Origin: Chitinophaga pinensis
Lineage (GTDB): Bacteria > Bacteroidota > Bacteroidia > NS11-12g > UBA955
DNA: 64,000 bases
Direction: 5' to 3'
NCBI GenBank assembly: GCA_945863965.1
Contig: CAMBBZ010000001.1
Location: 199-64,198 of the forward strand
Numbering within the stretch: position 1 is the stretch's first letter; the number at the start of each line of letters is the position of its first letter. The notes under the pieces were generated by a model. That model worked only from the letters and a program-made list of their open reading frames with translations, was not told where the DNA came from and made no database searches. Position numbers and translations under genes: made by a program. Positions 10,044 to 20,545 of this stretch are shown here, in pieces.

Positions 10044-11411
10044 TTAATTATCAACTTGTTGGTATTGGTTTGTCATTCTTCCTTTTAAACGGCCACCGCC
10101 ACTCATGAAACCATCGTACTTGCGCATCAAAAGGTGCGACTCAATTTGTTGAAGGGTATCTAATACCACTCCCACCAAAATGAGCAAACTCGTACCTCCG
10201 AAGAATTGTGCAAATTCTTGGTTTACATTACCTTTCACCGCGAAAACTGGTAAAATCGCGATAATGCTTATGAATATCGAACCGGGTAGCGTAATACGTG
10301 ATATTACGTTATCGATAAAATTGGCTGTTTGTTTACCGGGTTTAATACCGGGAATAAATCCATTATTTCGTTTCATGTCATCAGCCATTTGCACGGGATT
10401 AAAAATGATCACAGTATAGAAATACGTGAAAACGATAATTAAAAACACCAAAAATGCGTTATGTCCGAAACTGTAAGGATTCATAAGACTCAACAACCAG
10501 CCAGGAGCTGCAGATTCTGTGTAGAAACTACCGATGGTTGCAGGTAAGAACAAAAGGGCTTGTGCAAAGATGATTGGCATTACACCAGCCGCTAATATTT
10601 TGATAGGAAGGTATTGGCGGGCACCACCGTATTGGCGATTACCGACAACTCTTTTGGCATAATTCACACTGATCTTGCGGGTACCTTGCGTAAGCATGAT
10701 AACAAACAAAACCACCATAAACCAAATTACAAGTTCTACGATAAACAATATAGGACCTCCTTTGGTAAGGCGGAATAAAAATTCACCGACAATTGCTGCG
10801 GGCATGCGGGCAATAATTCCGACCATAATGATCAAACTTATACCGTTGCCTAATCCACGATCCGTGATACGTTCACCAATCCACATCGTAAACATTGTAC
10901 CTGCGGTTAACAAGAACATATTGGTTATAATGAACATCGATTTAGATAGCATATCACCATAGTTAAACAACAAGGCCGCTTGGTTACCCGGAGTCGACAT
11001 GATGTTATTTAAGTAGGCATAAGCCTGCACCATTGTGAAGATAATAGTAAGGATACGTGTATATTGATTAATTTTACGACGACCCTCCTCACCTTCCTTT
11101 TGGATACGTTGGAAACTCGGGATGGCAATGGATACTAACTGCATGAAAATAGATGCCGATATATAAGGCATGATTCCCAAAGCAAAAATAGCACCGCGAG
11201 CGAAAGCACCTCCAGCGAAGGTATTGATTAGACCCAAGATATTATTCTTGGTTTGTCCTTTCAAGCCCTCGAGCATTTCTGCATCGATACCAGGAAGGAT
11301 AATGTAGGAACCCAAACGGTAAATTACCAATAGCATAAGCGTATACGTGATACGCTTACGGAGCTCCTCAATGGCCCAAATATGTTTGAAGGTGTCGAGG
11401 AATTTTTTCAT
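10044..11411 (-). CDS. secY: preprotein translocase subunit SecY
   Basis: 455 aa, 10-TM profile, at the SecY position between rplO and infA. Confidence 0.95.
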   Translation of the reverse strand: MKKFLDTFKHIWAIEELRKRITYTLMLLVIYRLGSYIILPGIDAEMLEGLKGQTKNNILGLINTFAGGAFARGAIFALGIMPYISASIFMQLVSIAIPSFQRIQKEGEEGRRKINQYTRILTIIFTMVQAYAYLNNIMSTPGNQAALLFNYGDMLSKSMFIITNMFLLTAGTMFTMWIGERITDRGLGNGISLIIMVGIIARMPAAIVGEFLFRLTKGGPILFIVELVIWFMVVLFVIMLTQGTRKISVNYAKRVVGNRQYGGARQYLPIKILAAGVMPIIFAQALLFLPATIGSFYTESAAPGWLLSLMNPYSFGHNAFLVFLIIVFTYFYTVIIFNPVQMADDMKRNNGFIPGIKPGKQTANFIDNVISRITLPGSIFISIIAILPVFAVKGNVNQEFAQFFGGTSLLILVGVVLDTLQQIESHLLMRKYDGFMSGGGRLKGRMTNQYQQVDN

Positions 11412-11413
11412 GA

Positions 11414-11866
11414 TTATTTCCCCATTAGGTGAATGCTACCACCAGCCGTTTCAATGGCAGATTTAGCAGTTTCACTGAATTTATTGGCATGAACTTCTAA
11501 GGTAGCTTTCAATTCACCACGGCCTAAAACCTTGATTAAATCGTGTTTACCTATAAGGTGTTTTGCTAATAACAAATCGCGGTCGATTACTTTAACACCC
11601 ATATCTTCTGCTAACTGTTGTAGAACATCGATATTAATGGCTGCATACTCTATGCGGTTGATATTTTTAAATCCACCTTTTGGAATACGACGTTGTAAAG
11701 GCATTTGACCACCTTCAAAACCCACTTTACGTGAGTAACCTGTACGTGATTGAGCTCCTTTATGTCCTTTGGTAGATGTACCACCACGACCAGAACCTTG
11801 ACCACGACCGATACGTTTTCTATTTTTAACCGAACCAACGGCCGGTTTTAAATTACTTAAATCCAT
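11414..11866 (-). CDS. rplO: 50S ribosomal protein L15
   Basis: MDLSNLKPAVGSVKNRKRIGRGQGSGRGGTSTKGHKG matches L15. Confidence 0.95.
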   Translation of the reverse strand: MDLSNLKPAVGSVKNRKRIGRGQGSGRGGTSTKGHKGAQSRTGYSRKVGFEGGQMPLQRRIPKGGFKNINRIEYAAINIDVLQQLAEDMGVKVIDRDLLLAKHLIGKHDLIKVLGRGELKATLEVHANKFSETAKSAIETAGGSIHLMGK

Positions 11867-12045
11867 TAGGCGTTTTCAATTTTTAATAAATGTTCTACTG
11901 TACGAATCATTCCTTGGATTTGAGGATTCAATTCCACTTCGCGACTCGCGTGCATTTTACGTAAACCTAGAGCCCATAAAGTTGCTTTTTGGTTTTTAGG
12001 GTATCCGATACCACTTTTGATTTGTGTGATTTTTACCTTCGCCAT
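11866..12045 (-). CDS. rpmD: 50S ribosomal protein L30 (start re-assigned to MAKVKITQ)
   Basis: MAKVKITQIKSGIGYPKNQKATLWALGLRK matches L30. The track's upstream extension (to 12057) would overlap rpsE. Confidence 0.9.
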   Translation of the reverse strand: MAKVKITQIKSGIGYPKNQKATLWALGLRKMHASREVELNPQIQGMIRTVEHLLKIENA

Positions 12046-12049
12046 GATA

Positions 12050-12571
12050 TTATCCATTAAACACTTGTTTTAAGCTGATACCACGTAATTGGGCCACACT
12101 ATTGGCATCACGCATACTGGTTAGGGCTTTGAACGTTGCCTTAACCACGTTGTGCGGGTTAGAAGAACCTTTAGATTTCGCTAATACATCCTTAACGCCT
12201 GCACTTTCCAACACGGCACGCATGGCTCCACCGGCAATTACACCAGTACCATTAGAGGCAGGGCGTAAAAGTACGCGACCACCACCAAATTTACCCAACT
12301 GCTCATGAGGAACGGTTCCATTGATTACGGGAACTTTGATTAGGTTTTTCTTCGCGTCTTCAATACCTTTATTGATTGCTTCGATTACTTCACCAGACTT
12401 TCCTAAACCATGACCTACAGTACCATTACTATCGCCCACTACCACTAAGGCAGTAAAACTAAACGTACGACCACCTTTCGTAACTTTGGCTACGCGGTTG
12501 ATAGATACAACACGCTCCGTTAAGGTGATATCACCTGGACGGATACGGGGATTATTATTCAAATTAGACAT
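12050..12571 (-). CDS. rpsE: 30S ribosomal protein S5
   Basis: 173 aa, with the S5 block [27 protein letters not shown]. Confidence 0.95.
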   Translation of the reverse strand: MSNLNNNPRIRPGDITLTERVVSINRVAKVTKGGRTFSFTALVVVGDSNGTVGHGLGKSGEVIEAINKGIEDAKKNLIKVPVINGTVPHEQLGKFGGGRVLLRPASNGTGVIAGGAMRAVLESAGVKDVLAKSKGSSNPHNVVKATFKALTSMRDANSVAQLRGISLKQVFNG

Positions 12572-12588
12572 GTTGTTTTACTTAAAAA

Positions 12589-12945
12589 TTAGAACTGAAG
12601 ACCTCCTTCACGGGCTCCGTCGGCCAAACTTTTCACGCGACCATGGTATAAATAACCACCACGATCGAAAACTACTTGCTCAATACCTGCTGTTTTCGCA
12701 AGTTCAGCAATCTTTTTACCAACGAGTGCCGCTTTGGCAACTTTGGTATCAGTTATATCAAGAATCTCAGCTGCACGCGAAGAAGCAGAGGCAAGGGTAA
12801 CCCCATTTGCATCATCTACCAACTGTGCATAGATATCTTTATTACTACGGAAAACACTTAAACGTGGGCGTTGAGCAGTACCTGCAACTACGCCGCGTAT
12901 ACGTTTACGAATCTTATCTCTTCTAAAAACTTTCGACTTTGCCAT
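12589..12945 (-). CDS. rplR: 50S ribosomal protein L18
   Basis: 118 aa. The [20 protein letters not shown] block is L18. Confidence 0.95.
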   Translation of the reverse strand: MAKSKVFRRDKIRKRIRGVVAGTAQRPRLSVFRSNKDIYAQLVDDANGVTLASASSRAAEILDITDTKVAKAALVGKKIAELAKTAGIEQVVFDRGGYLYHGRVKSLADGAREGGLQF

Positions 12946-12954
12946 AATTTACAC

Positions 12955-13509
12955 TTATTTTTTACCTGCAGACTTACCTGCTTTTCTACGTACAACTTCA
13001 CCCGCAAATCTGATACCTTTTCCTTTGTAAGGCTCAGGAGTACGGAAGGAGCGAATTTTGGCAGCCAACTGTCCTAAAAGCTGTTTGTCGCAGCAAGACA
13101 TGGTGATGTTTGGATTCTTTCCTTTAACAGTCTCGGTAACTACCGTGATTTCTGATGGAACTTGCAACAAGATCTTGTGCGAGTATCCAACTACGAATTC
13201 AACCAAGTTACCTTGATTAGAAACTTTGTAACCGACACCGACCAATTCTTGATTGACAGAATGCCCTTGAGAAACCCCTGTAATAAGGTTGTTTAGCAAT
13301 GAGCGATAAAGACCGTGAAGGCTTTTATCTTGTTTACTGTCGCTTGGGCGATGTATTGTCATCACACCTTCCTCAACTTTCACTTCGAAAGTTACAGGAA
13401 TATCCTGAGACAATTCTCCTTTTGGCCCTTTAGCAGTAACCACACCTGGAGTTAACGTAACTACGGTGCCGGCTGGGATGCTAATGGGAGCTTTTCCTAC
13501 GCGTGACAT
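12955..13509 (-). CDS. rplF: 50S ribosomal protein L6
   Basis: MSRVGKAPISIPAGTVV... matches L6. Confidence 0.95.
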   Translation of the reverse strand: MSRVGKAPISIPAGTVVTLTPGVVTAKGPKGELSQDIPVTFEVKVEEGVMTIHRPSDSKQDKSLHGLYRSLLNNLITGVSQGHSVNQELVGVGYKVSNQGNLVEFVVGYSHKILLQVPSEITVVTETVKGKNPNITMSCCDKQLLGQLAAKIRSFRTPEPYKGKGIRFAGEVVRRKAGKSAGKK

Positions 13510-13543
13510 ATGTTATTTTTTTTATTAGTATTTAAAGAAAAAA

Positions 13544-13942
13544 TTATTGCACAAAGCATAATACTTCACCGCCAATTCCCATGTGTCGCGCTTCTTTATC
13601 GGTCATTACACCTTTAGACGTAGTTAATATAGCCACACCTAATCCGTTCATTACACGGGGAAGATTGTCTTTATCGGCATATTTTCTCAATCCAGGCGTA
13701 CTAACGCGCTTCAAAAGTTGAATCGCAGCTTGACGGGTTTGGGGATGGTATTTAAGGGCTATTTTGATAACGCCTTGTTTATTATCGGAATCTTCAAATT
13801 TATATTTGAGGATATACCCTTTTTCGAACAACACGCGGGTAATTTCTTTTTTCAAGTTACTCGCGGGAATCTCAACCACTCGGTGGTTGGCTTTCATTGC
13901 GTTGCGCAAACGGGTTAGGTAATCTGAAATAGGATCAGTCAT
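13544..13942 (-). CDS. rpsH: 30S ribosomal protein S8
   Basis: MTDPISDYLTRLRNA matches S8. Confidence 0.95.
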   Translation of the reverse strand: MTDPISDYLTRLRNAMKANHRVVEIPASNLKKEITRVLFEKGYILKYKFEDSDNKQGVIKIALKYHPQTRQAAIQLLKRVSTPGLRKYADKDNLPRVMNGLGVAILTTSKGVMTDKEARHMGIGGEVLCFVQ

Positions 13943-13954
13943 TGCTTTTGTTTT

Positions 13955-14224
13955 TTACCAACTTGATTTTGTTACACCTGGGATTTTGCCATCACTTGCC
14001 AATTGGCGAAATTGGTTACGACATAATCCGAAAACACGAATATAACCTCTAGGTTTACCCGTTAATTTACAACGATTTCTCAAACGAACGGGAGATGCAT
14101 TGCGGGGTAATTTTTGCAATTCATCGTAGTTTCCTTCCGCTTTTAATTGCGCACGCTTCTCGGCGAACTTAGCCACCATAGCTTCGCGTTTGCGCTGTCT
14201 AGCTTTTATACTTTCTTTTGCCAT
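13955..14224 (-). CDS. rpsN: 30S ribosomal protein S14
   Basis: 89 aa, ending ...[11 protein letters not shown], which matches S14. Confidence 0.95.
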   Translation of the reverse strand: MAKESIKARQRKREAMVAKFAEKRAQLKAEGNYDELQKLPRNASPVRLRNRCKLTGKPRGYIRVFGLCRNQFRQLASDGKIPGVTKSSW

Positions 14225-14227
14225 TTT

Positions 14228-14779
14228 TTAATCTTTTTGAAAGGGGAAACCCATTAAACGCAATAATTCCAAACTCTCTTCGTCGGTCTTAGCCGTAGTA
14301 ACGATGGTAATATCCATACCAGAAATACGGTTCAACTTATCGATATCAATTTCAGGAAAAATGATTTGTTCTGTGATACCCATAGTCCAATTCCCACGTC
14401 CGTCGAATCCTTTAGTCTTCAACCCTTGGAAATCGCGAATACGAGGAATCGCAACAGATACTAAACGATCTATAAAATCATACATGCGACTCGCACGTAA
14501 GGTTACTTTACAACCAATAGGCATATTCTCACGCAACTTAAAGTTAGAGATTGCCTTCTTGGAAATCGTAGCAATTGCACGTTGTCCCGTAATTTTGGTC
14601 ATTTCCTCAATAGCGGAATCTACCAATTTCTTATCGTTCACAGCCGCACCAACACCCTGATTTAGGACGATTTTTTCAATGCGGGGAACTTGCATGCTAT
14701 TGCTGTAGTTGAATTTAGCCTGCATAGCGGGCACTACTTCTTCGAAATATTTATTTCTTAATCTAGGTGTGTAACTCAT
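14228..14779 (-). CDS. rplE: 50S ribosomal protein L5
   Basis: 183 aa at the L5 position. Confidence 0.95.
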   Translation of the reverse strand: MSYTPRLRNKYFEEVVPAMQAKFNYSNSMQVPRIEKIVLNQGVGAAVNDKKLVDSAIEEMTKITGQRAIATISKKAISNFKLRENMPIGCKVTLRASRMYDFIDRLVSVAIPRIRDFQGLKTKGFDGRGNWTMGITEQIIFPEIDIDKLNRISGMDITIVTTAKTDEESLELLRLMGFPFQKD

Positions 14780-14787
14780 TTCAATAA

Positions 14788-15111
14788 TTAATTAATAAAT
14801 TCCCCCGTTTTTTTAGCAAAGCGCTGCAATTTTCCATTCTCGTTGACCTTGCGACCAACGCGGCTAGTGGCACCATTTACAGTAACCATTAACTTGGAAA
14901 GATGGATAGGTGCTTCGATTTTATCGATGCTACCCGCTGTATTTTGAGCGGAAGGTTTGCGGTGTTTTGAAACTATATTCACTCCTTCTACTAACGCGCG
15001 TAATTTTTCTGGGAATACCGTCAATACACGACCTGATTTACCTTTATCATCACCAGAGATAATCGTTACGATATCTCCTTTTTTGATGTGTAGTTTTTGT
15101 CTGTTTGCCAT
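14788..15111 (-). CDS. rplX: 50S ribosomal protein L24
   Basis: 107 aa with the KOW motif [22 protein letters not shown]. Confidence 0.95.
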   Translation of the reverse strand: MANRQKLHIKKGDIVTIISGDDKGKSGRVLTVFPEKLRALVEGVNIVSKHRKPSAQNTAGSIDKIEAPIHLSKLMVTVNGATSRVGRKVNENGKLQRFAKKTGEFIN

Positions 15112-15119
15112 AGTGATAT

Positions 15120-15488
15120 TTATAATACTTCAGGGGCTAATGATACAATTTTCATAAACTGTTTGTCACGTAACTCACGTGCAACAGGTCCGAAGATACG
15201 GGTTCCTCTTGGTTCGTCTGAGTTATTCAACAACACACAGCTATTCTCATCAAAACGGATATACGATCCGTCTGGACGGCGAATTTCCTTTTTAACGCGA
15301 ACTACTACTGCTTTTGAAACCGATCCTTTCTTTACGTTTCCTCCGGGCGCTGCATGTTTTACGCTGACAACGATTTTATCGCCAACGCTTGCATAACGAC
15401 GCTTAGTTCCGCCTAATACACGAATGCAAAGAACTTCTTTGGCTCCGCTGTTATCGGCTACTTTTAATCTGCTTTCTTGTTGTACCAT
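15120..15488 (-). CDS. rplN: 50S ribosomal protein L14
   Basis: [17 protein letters not shown] matches L14. Confidence 0.95.
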   Translation of the reverse strand: MVQQESRLKVADNSGAKEVLCIRVLGGTKRRYASVGDKIVVSVKHAAPGGNVKKGSVSKAVVVRVKKEIRRPDGSYIRFDENSCVLLNNSDEPRGTRIFGPVARELRDKQFMKIVSLAPEVL

Positions 15489-15490
15489 GA

Positions 15491-15751
15491 TTACTTAGCT
15501 TTTTCAACGATTTCAACCAATCTCCAACATTTAGACTTACTTAAGGGACGAGTCTCCATAATTCGAACGATATCATTCTCTGCACACTCATTGTTTTCAT
15601 CATGAGCTGCGAACTTTTTCGTCTTTTTGAAGTACTTACCGTATTTGGGATGCTTTATGCTACGAACAACTGCAACAACTATGGTCTTATCCATTTTGTT
15701 GCTGGTTACCGTACCGATGATCTCCTTACGAGCGTTTCTTACTGCTTCCAT
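15491..15751 (-). CDS. rpsQ: 30S ribosomal protein S17
   Basis: 86 aa; [22 protein letters not shown] matches S17. Confidence 0.95.
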   Translation of the reverse strand: MEAVRNARKEIIGTVTSNKMDKTIVVAVVRSIKHPKYGKYFKKTKKFAAHDENNECAENDIVRIMETRPLSKSKCWRLVEIVEKAK

Positions 15752-15757
15752 TTATAT

Positions 15758-15991
15758 TTAATTTTCTATTTCTTGTTGAGTCATAGCGGCCTTAAGCTGT
15801 GCTTCATGGCGGCGATTATTTAACTCCGTTAACAAACGGGCAATCTCACGACGTACAATACGCATTTTGTGAGGTTGATCCAAAGGCGCAACGGCATTTT
15901 GGAATTGCATCTTCTGATAACGAACTCGTTCTTCTTTGTACAGATCGACTAATTCTTTATTTGGAAGTTCTTTAATTTCTGAATACTTCAT
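15758..15991 (-). CDS. rpmC: 50S ribosomal protein L29 (start re-assigned to MKYSEIKEL)
   Basis: The internal Met gives a 77-aa L29-like protein. The track's extension to 16039 would overlap rplP by about 48 nt. Confidence 0.85.
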   Translation of the reverse strand: MKYSEIKELPNKELVDLYKEERVRYQKMQFQNAVAPLDQPHKMRIVRREIARLLTELNNRRHEAQLKAAMTQQEIEN

Positions 15992-15992
15992 T

Positions 15993-16418
15993 TTAATCTT
16001 CTTCGTTAAAATCAGGACGTACGGAGAACTTACATGCAACTGGCAATTTTTGAGCAGCCAATCGCATTCCTTCTTTAGCCGTTTCTAAAGGCACACCACC
16101 CACTTCAAACATGATGGTTCCGGGCTTCACACGTGCTACCCAATATTCAGGAGCACCTTTACCCTTACCCATACGAACTTCTGCTGGTTTTTTGGTGATA
16201 GGTTTATCTGGAAAAATACGAATCCATACTTGCCCTTCACGTTTCAAATAACGAGTTACGGCGATACGTGCAGATTCAATTTGACGTGAGGATATCCAAC
16301 TAGGCTCTAGTGATTTTAGACCGAAGCTACCAAATTCAATTCGGTGACCTCTACCTGCGATACCACGTACGCGCCCTTTCTGTTGTTTTCTATATACGGT
16401 TCTTCTTGGACTTAACAT
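15993..16418 (-). CDS. rplP: 50S ribosomal protein L16
   Basis: [16 protein letters not shown]... matches L16. Confidence 0.95.
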   Translation of the reverse strand: MLSPRRTVYRKQQKGRVRGIAGRGHRIEFGSFGLKSLEPSWISSRQIESARIAVTRYLKREGQVWIRIFPDKPITKKPAEVRMGKGKGAPEYWVARVKPGTIMFEVGGVPLETAKEGMRLAAQKLPVACKFSVRPDFNEED

Positions 16419-16432
16419 ATTCTAAACATTAA

Positions 16433-17191
16433 TTAATTACGACGACGTCTGTCACGGTCACGATCGCGATCGCGATCACGGCCATTATTACCACGATTTG
16501 AGTTTCCACGGTCGTTTCCACGAGGACCTTTTTTCTCGGCATCTGCATTAGGAGACAAATCTACTTTACCGTAGATTTCACCACGACATACCCATACTTT
16601 AATACCAATTTTACCATAAACCGTTTGGGCTTCTACTAAGGCATAATCAATATTAGAACGCAAGGTGTGCAGAGGAGTTCTTCCTTCTTTGTAGATTTCA
16701 GAACGCGCTATTTCCGCACCATTCAAACGACCACTGATACGTACTTTAATACCATCAGCACCCATTTTCATAGTTGTTTGCAACGCGTTTTTAATCGCAC
16801 GTTTGTATGAGAAACGATTTTCAATTTGTTGTGCAATATTCTCACCTACTAAACGCGCATCCAATTCAGGACGTTTGATTTCGTTGATGTTGATTTGTAC
16901 ATCTTTACCCGTGATTTTTTTAATTTCCTCACGAATCGCGTCAACTTCTTGGCCGCCTTTTCCGATTACTATTCCTGGACGAGCCGTGTTAATAGTAAGG
17001 GTGATGCGTTTAAGTGTACGTTCGATAACCACCTTAGCGATTCCACCGCGGGGTATACGAACGCGAAGATATTCACGGATTCGCTGGTCTTCAACAAGCT
17101 TATCTCCGTAATCTTTTCCGCCATACCAGCTAGAATCCCAACCACGGATAATTCCTAAACGTAATCCTATAGGGTTTGTTTTTTGTCCCAT
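16433..17191 (-). CDS. rpsC: 30S ribosomal protein S3 with a low-complexity (RD)n C-terminal tail
   Basis: 252 aa containing the KH/S3 core. It ends [24 protein letters not shown], encoded by a hexanucleotide repeat at about 16451-16480. Confidence 0.95.
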   Translation of the reverse strand: MGQKTNPIGLRLGIIRGWDSSWYGGKDYGDKLVEDQRIREYLRVRIPRGGIAKVVIERTLKRITLTINTARPGIVIGKGGQEVDAIREEIKKITGKDVQININEIKRPELDARLVGENIAQQIENRFSYKRAIKNALQTTMKMGADGIKVRISGRLNGAEIARSEIYKEGRTPLHTLRSNIDYALVEAQTVYGKIGIKVWVCRGEIYGKVDLSPNADAEKKGPRGNDRGNSNRGNNGRDRDRDRDRDRRRRN

Positions 17192-17192
17192 T

Positions 17193-17564
17193 TTATGCTT
17201 GTTCGGTTTGGGTTTGACTTAATTTACTATCGATTATAATAGTAACGTGATTGGATCTTTTGCGGATACGGTATCCACGACCTTGAGGGGCTGTTCTCAA
17301 ACGCTTAATGGCTAAACCTCCGTCTACGGTAATAGATTTAACATATAACTCGCTGTCTTCGATGCGACCGTCTGCATTGGATACACCCCAGTTGGCAATC
17401 CCGCTCTTGATTAACTTAGTCAAAAATATTGCATAAGTTGGGCGCTGATTCCATTGAAGTATATTAAGTGCTTGTTCTACGCGTTGTCCACGAACCTGAT
17501 CGGCTAGTAAACGCATTTTACGCGGCGACAACGGACAGTTTCTTAAAATTGCTTTAGCTTCCAT
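17193..17564 (-). CDS. rplV: 50S ribosomal protein L22
   Basis: 123 aa at the L22 position. Confidence 0.95.
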   Translation of the reverse strand: MEAKAILRNCPLSPRKMRLLADQVRGQRVEQALNILQWNQRPTYAIFLTKLIKSGIANWGVSNADGRIEDSELYVKSITVDGGLAIKRLRTAPQGRGYRIRKRSNHVTIIIDSKLSQTQTEQA

Positions 17565-17569
17565 TTCTA

Positions 17570-17827
17570 TTATTTACCGTGACCTTTATAAGTTCTGGTG
17601 GGTGCAAACTCACCAAATTTATGTCCTACCATATTCTCAGTTACATAAACTGGAATAAATTTATTTCCATTGTGAACCGCAAACGTATGTCCCACAAAGT
17701 CTGGGATGATCATTGAGCGTCGTGACCAAGTCTTAATAACTGACTTTTTACCTGCTGCATTTATCACATCCACCTTCGACATCAATTTGATATCTACAAA
17801 CGGTCCTTTTTTAATTGATCTTGCCAT
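17570..17827 (-). CDS. rpsS: 30S ribosomal protein S19
   Basis: [12 protein letters not shown]... matches S19. Confidence 0.95.
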   Translation of the reverse strand: MARSIKKGPFVDIKLMSKVDVINAAGKKSVIKTWSRRSMIIPDFVGHTFAVHNGNKFIPVYVTENMVGHKFGEFAPTRTYKGHGK

Positions 17828-17846
17828 TTACTTTCGTACTTAGTGA

Positions 17847-18683
17847 TTATTTGTTACGTTTGGATTTTCTCTTTTCGATGATTAGTCGACTTGAGTTTTT
17901 CTTAGGAGAACGCGTTTTCTGTCCCTGTGAATAAATCAAGTTTCTTGAACGGGGTTGACCACCTTTGTTTCGGCCTTCACCACCACCCATGGGGTGATCG
18001 ACAGGGTTCATCGCAGCTGGACGTACACGTGGACGGCGACCCAACCAACGACTACGACCGGCCTTACCTAACACTACCTGCTGATGTTCAGCATTAGAGA
18101 GGATACCAACAGTAGCCATACATTCTCCAAGAACGAAACGACTTTCACCTGATGGCAATTTCAAGGCAACATATTTGCCTTCTTTTGCCATTAACTGAGC
18201 GTATGTTCCAGCAGAACGGCATATGCGTCCACCTTGACCCGGTTGTAATTCAACGTTATGAATTAAAGTACCCAAAGGCATTTCCTTCATAGGCATAGCG
18301 TTTCCAAGATCTGGAGAAACTCCTGAACCTTGTGAAATCACTTGACCTACTTTAATACCACCTGGAGCTAAAATATAACGCTTCTCACCATCAGTATATT
18401 CAACCAATGAAATAAAAGCCGAACGATTGGGATCGTATTCAACTGTTTTTACTTCACCTGTAACGGTAACATTATTGCGTTTAAAATCGATAATACGATA
18501 CTTACGTTTGTGTCCACCACCTATGTAGCGTACAGTCGTACGTCCCTGATTGTTACGTCCACCAGATTTCTTGATAGGCAATAACAAACTCTTCTCTGGC
18601 TTACTTGCAGTAAGTTCTTCGAAAGTGTTTGCCACTCTCGTTCTCTGGCCAGGTGTGATTGGTTTTAATCTACGTACTCCCAT
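17847..18683 (-). CDS. rplB: 50S ribosomal protein L2
   Basis: 278 aa with [14 protein letters not shown] and the [13 protein letters not shown] block. Confidence 0.95.
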   Translation of the reverse strand: MGVRRLKPITPGQRTRVANTFEELTASKPEKSLLLPIKKSGGRNNQGRTTVRYIGGGHKRKYRIIDFKRNNVTVTGEVKTVEYDPNRSAFISLVEYTDGEKRYILAPGGIKVGQVISQGSGVSPDLGNAMPMKEMPLGTLIHNVELQPGQGGRICRSAGTYAQLMAKEGKYVALKLPSGESRFVLGECMATVGILSNAEHQQVVLGKAGRSRWLGRRPRVRPAAMNPVDHPMGGGEGRNKGGQPRSRNLIYSQGQKTRSPKKNSSRLIIEKRKSKRNK

Positions 18684-18686
18684 GTC

Positions 18687-18971
18687 TTAAACGTCCTTGT
18701 AAAAATCAATGTTAAAACCTTCTTTAAGTGTTACAAAGGCCTTTTTATACTTGTTAGTATAACCGGAGATTTGGCCTGTGCGGCGATTCTTGCGCGCTTT
18801 CCCCCGCTGGATCATGGTATTAACCGATTCAACCTGTACTTCATAGAAGGACTCAACGGCTTGTTTAATTTCGTCTTTAGTGGCTTTAGTGTCCACAACG
18901 AAACCAAACTTACCCTTTTTGTCCAATAACGAACTAGACTTTTCGGTTACCAATGGCTTTTTAAGTATCAT
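18687..18971 (-). CDS. rplW: 50S ribosomal protein L23
   Basis: 94 aa at the L23 position. Confidence 0.95.
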   Translation of the reverse strand: MILKKPLVTEKSSSLLDKKGKFGFVVDTKATKDEIKQAVESFYEVQVESVNTMIQRGKARKNRRTGQISGYTNKYKKAFVTLKEGFNIDFYKDV

Positions 18972-18972
18972 C

Positions 18973-19593
18973 TTATATATTCTCTTGTAACTTGTTCAAT
19001 GCCCCTTCTGTAAGTATTAAGCTTTTCGCTTTCAATACCTGATAGGTATTCAAATCAGCTGCACACATTACATTGTTATTTTGTAAATTACGACCTGAAA
19101 GATACACGTTAGGGTTGTTCTCTGAAGTAACCAAAAGAGAAGATCCCTGCACTTTCAATGCCGCTAACATATTCTTGAATTCTGCCGTTTTTGGCGTATC
19201 CATGTGAATATCTTCAATTACAACGATTGCGTTGTCTTTCGCTTTATACGATAAAGCCGATAAACGAGCTAAGCGTTTTAATTTTTTATTCAATTTAAAG
19301 CTATAATCACGCGGACGTGGACCGTGGAAACGACCACCACCAATGTAAATACCCGCTTTCAAAGAACCGTGACGTGCGCCACCTGTTCCTTTTTGGCGTA
19401 TAACTTTACGTGAAGAACGGTGTACTTCACTCTTGTCCTTAGTTTTATGCGTACCTTGACGCTTATTGGCCATGTACTGTTTTACATCTAAGTAAATAGC
19501 ATGGTCATTAGGCTCAACTGCAAATATTTCCGTGAGCAAGGTAACCGTACGACCGGTTTCAGCTCCTAACTTGTTTAATACTTTAACTTCCAT
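18973..19593 (-). CDS. rplD: 50S ribosomal protein L4
   Basis: 206 aa at the L4 position. Confidence 0.95.
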   Translation of the reverse strand: MEVKVLNKLGAETGRTVTLLTEIFAVEPNDHAIYLDVKQYMANKRQGTHKTKDKSEVHRSSRKVIRQKGTGGARHGSLKAGIYIGGGRFHGPRPRDYSFKLNKKLKRLARLSALSYKAKDNAIVVIEDIHMDTPKTAEFKNMLAALKVQGSSLLVTSENNPNVYLSGRNLQNNNVMCAADLNTYQVLKAKSLILTEGALNKLQENI

Positions 19594-19596
19594 GAC

Positions 19597-20214
19597 TTAC
19601 TTCTCAATAAAAACGGTGGAACCATTATGACCTGGTATAGAACCTTTCAATACCAAAACATTCTTTTCAGTATCGATTTGTAAAACCGTCAAATTAAATG
19701 CTTTTACACGCTCACCACCCATACGACCCGCCATACGTGTACCTTTAAATACACGAGCAGGGAACGAACATGCACCAATAGAACCTGGAGCACGCAAACG
19801 GTTATGTTGACCGTGAGTGGCTTGACCCACACCGGCGAATCCATGGCGCTTTACAACACCCTGAAAACCTTTACCTTTTGAGGTACCTACAACATCAACG
19901 AATTCACCTTCCTCGAAGATGCTTACATCAATGATAGAACCTAAGGTAACGTCCATATCACAATCGCGGTATTCTACAACATCTGTTTTGGTTGTTGTAT
20001 TCGCTTTTCCAAAATGTCCTTTTTCCGCTGAATTAACACGACGCTCTTTCTTATCACCAAAGGCCATCTGAACTGCGTTGTATCCGTCGGTAAGTTCTGT
20101 TTTAACTTGTGTAATCACACAAGGACCTGCTTGAACTACGGTGCACGCTACACGTCTACCATCGGCATCAAACACGCTGGTCATACCCAGTTTTTTTCCA
20201 ATTAAACCGTTCAT
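19597..20214 (-). CDS. rplC: 50S ribosomal protein L3
   Basis: [15 protein letters not shown] matches L3. Confidence 0.95.
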   Translation of the reverse strand: MNGLIGKKLGMTSVFDADGRRVACTVVQAGPCVITQVKTELTDGYNAVQMAFGDKKERRVNSAEKGHFGKANTTTKTDVVEYRDCDMDVTLGSIIDVSIFEEGEFVDVVGTSKGKGFQGVVKRHGFAGVGQATHGQHNRLRAPGSIGACSFPARVFKGTRMAGRMGGERVKAFNLTVLQIDTEKNVLVLKGSIPGHNGSTVFIEK

Positions 20215-20219
20215 GTCTC

Positions 20220-20528
20220 TTATAATTTGATTTCAACCTCAACACCGCTAGGAAGTTCAATCTTCATTAGGGCGTCTACGGTTTTGGTGGAACCATTAAA
20301 AATATCGATAAGGCGCTGATACGTACAATATTGGAACTGCTCACGTGCCTTTTTATTTACGTGAGGAGAACGCAATACCGTAAAGATTTTCTTGCGCGTA
20401 GGTAGAGGCACGGGACCGCTTACTACAACCCCCGTCGTGCGTACCGCCTTTACGATCTTCTCTGCTGATTTATCCAGCAGATTATGATCGAAAGACTTTA
20501 GTTTGATTCTTATTTTCTGATTAATCAT
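20220..20528 (-). CDS. rpsJ: 30S ribosomal protein S10
   Basis: [19 protein letters not shown] matches S10. Confidence 0.95.
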   Translation of the reverse strand: MINQKIRIKLKSFDHNLLDKSAEKIVKAVRTTGVVVSGPVPLPTRKKIFTVLRSPHVNKKAREQFQYCTYQRLIDIFNGSTKTVDALMKIELPSGVEVEIKL

Positions 20529-20545
20529 TTTAGTCGATTTGTGTT

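Noticed and set aside
10180-15396. Numerous 60-120-aa ORFs antisense to secY and the ribosomal protein genes (e.g. 10180..10419, 10675..10962, 12102..12308, 14304..14660, 15097..15396)
   Set aside because: They are shadow ORFs of highly expressed genes packed with almost no gaps.
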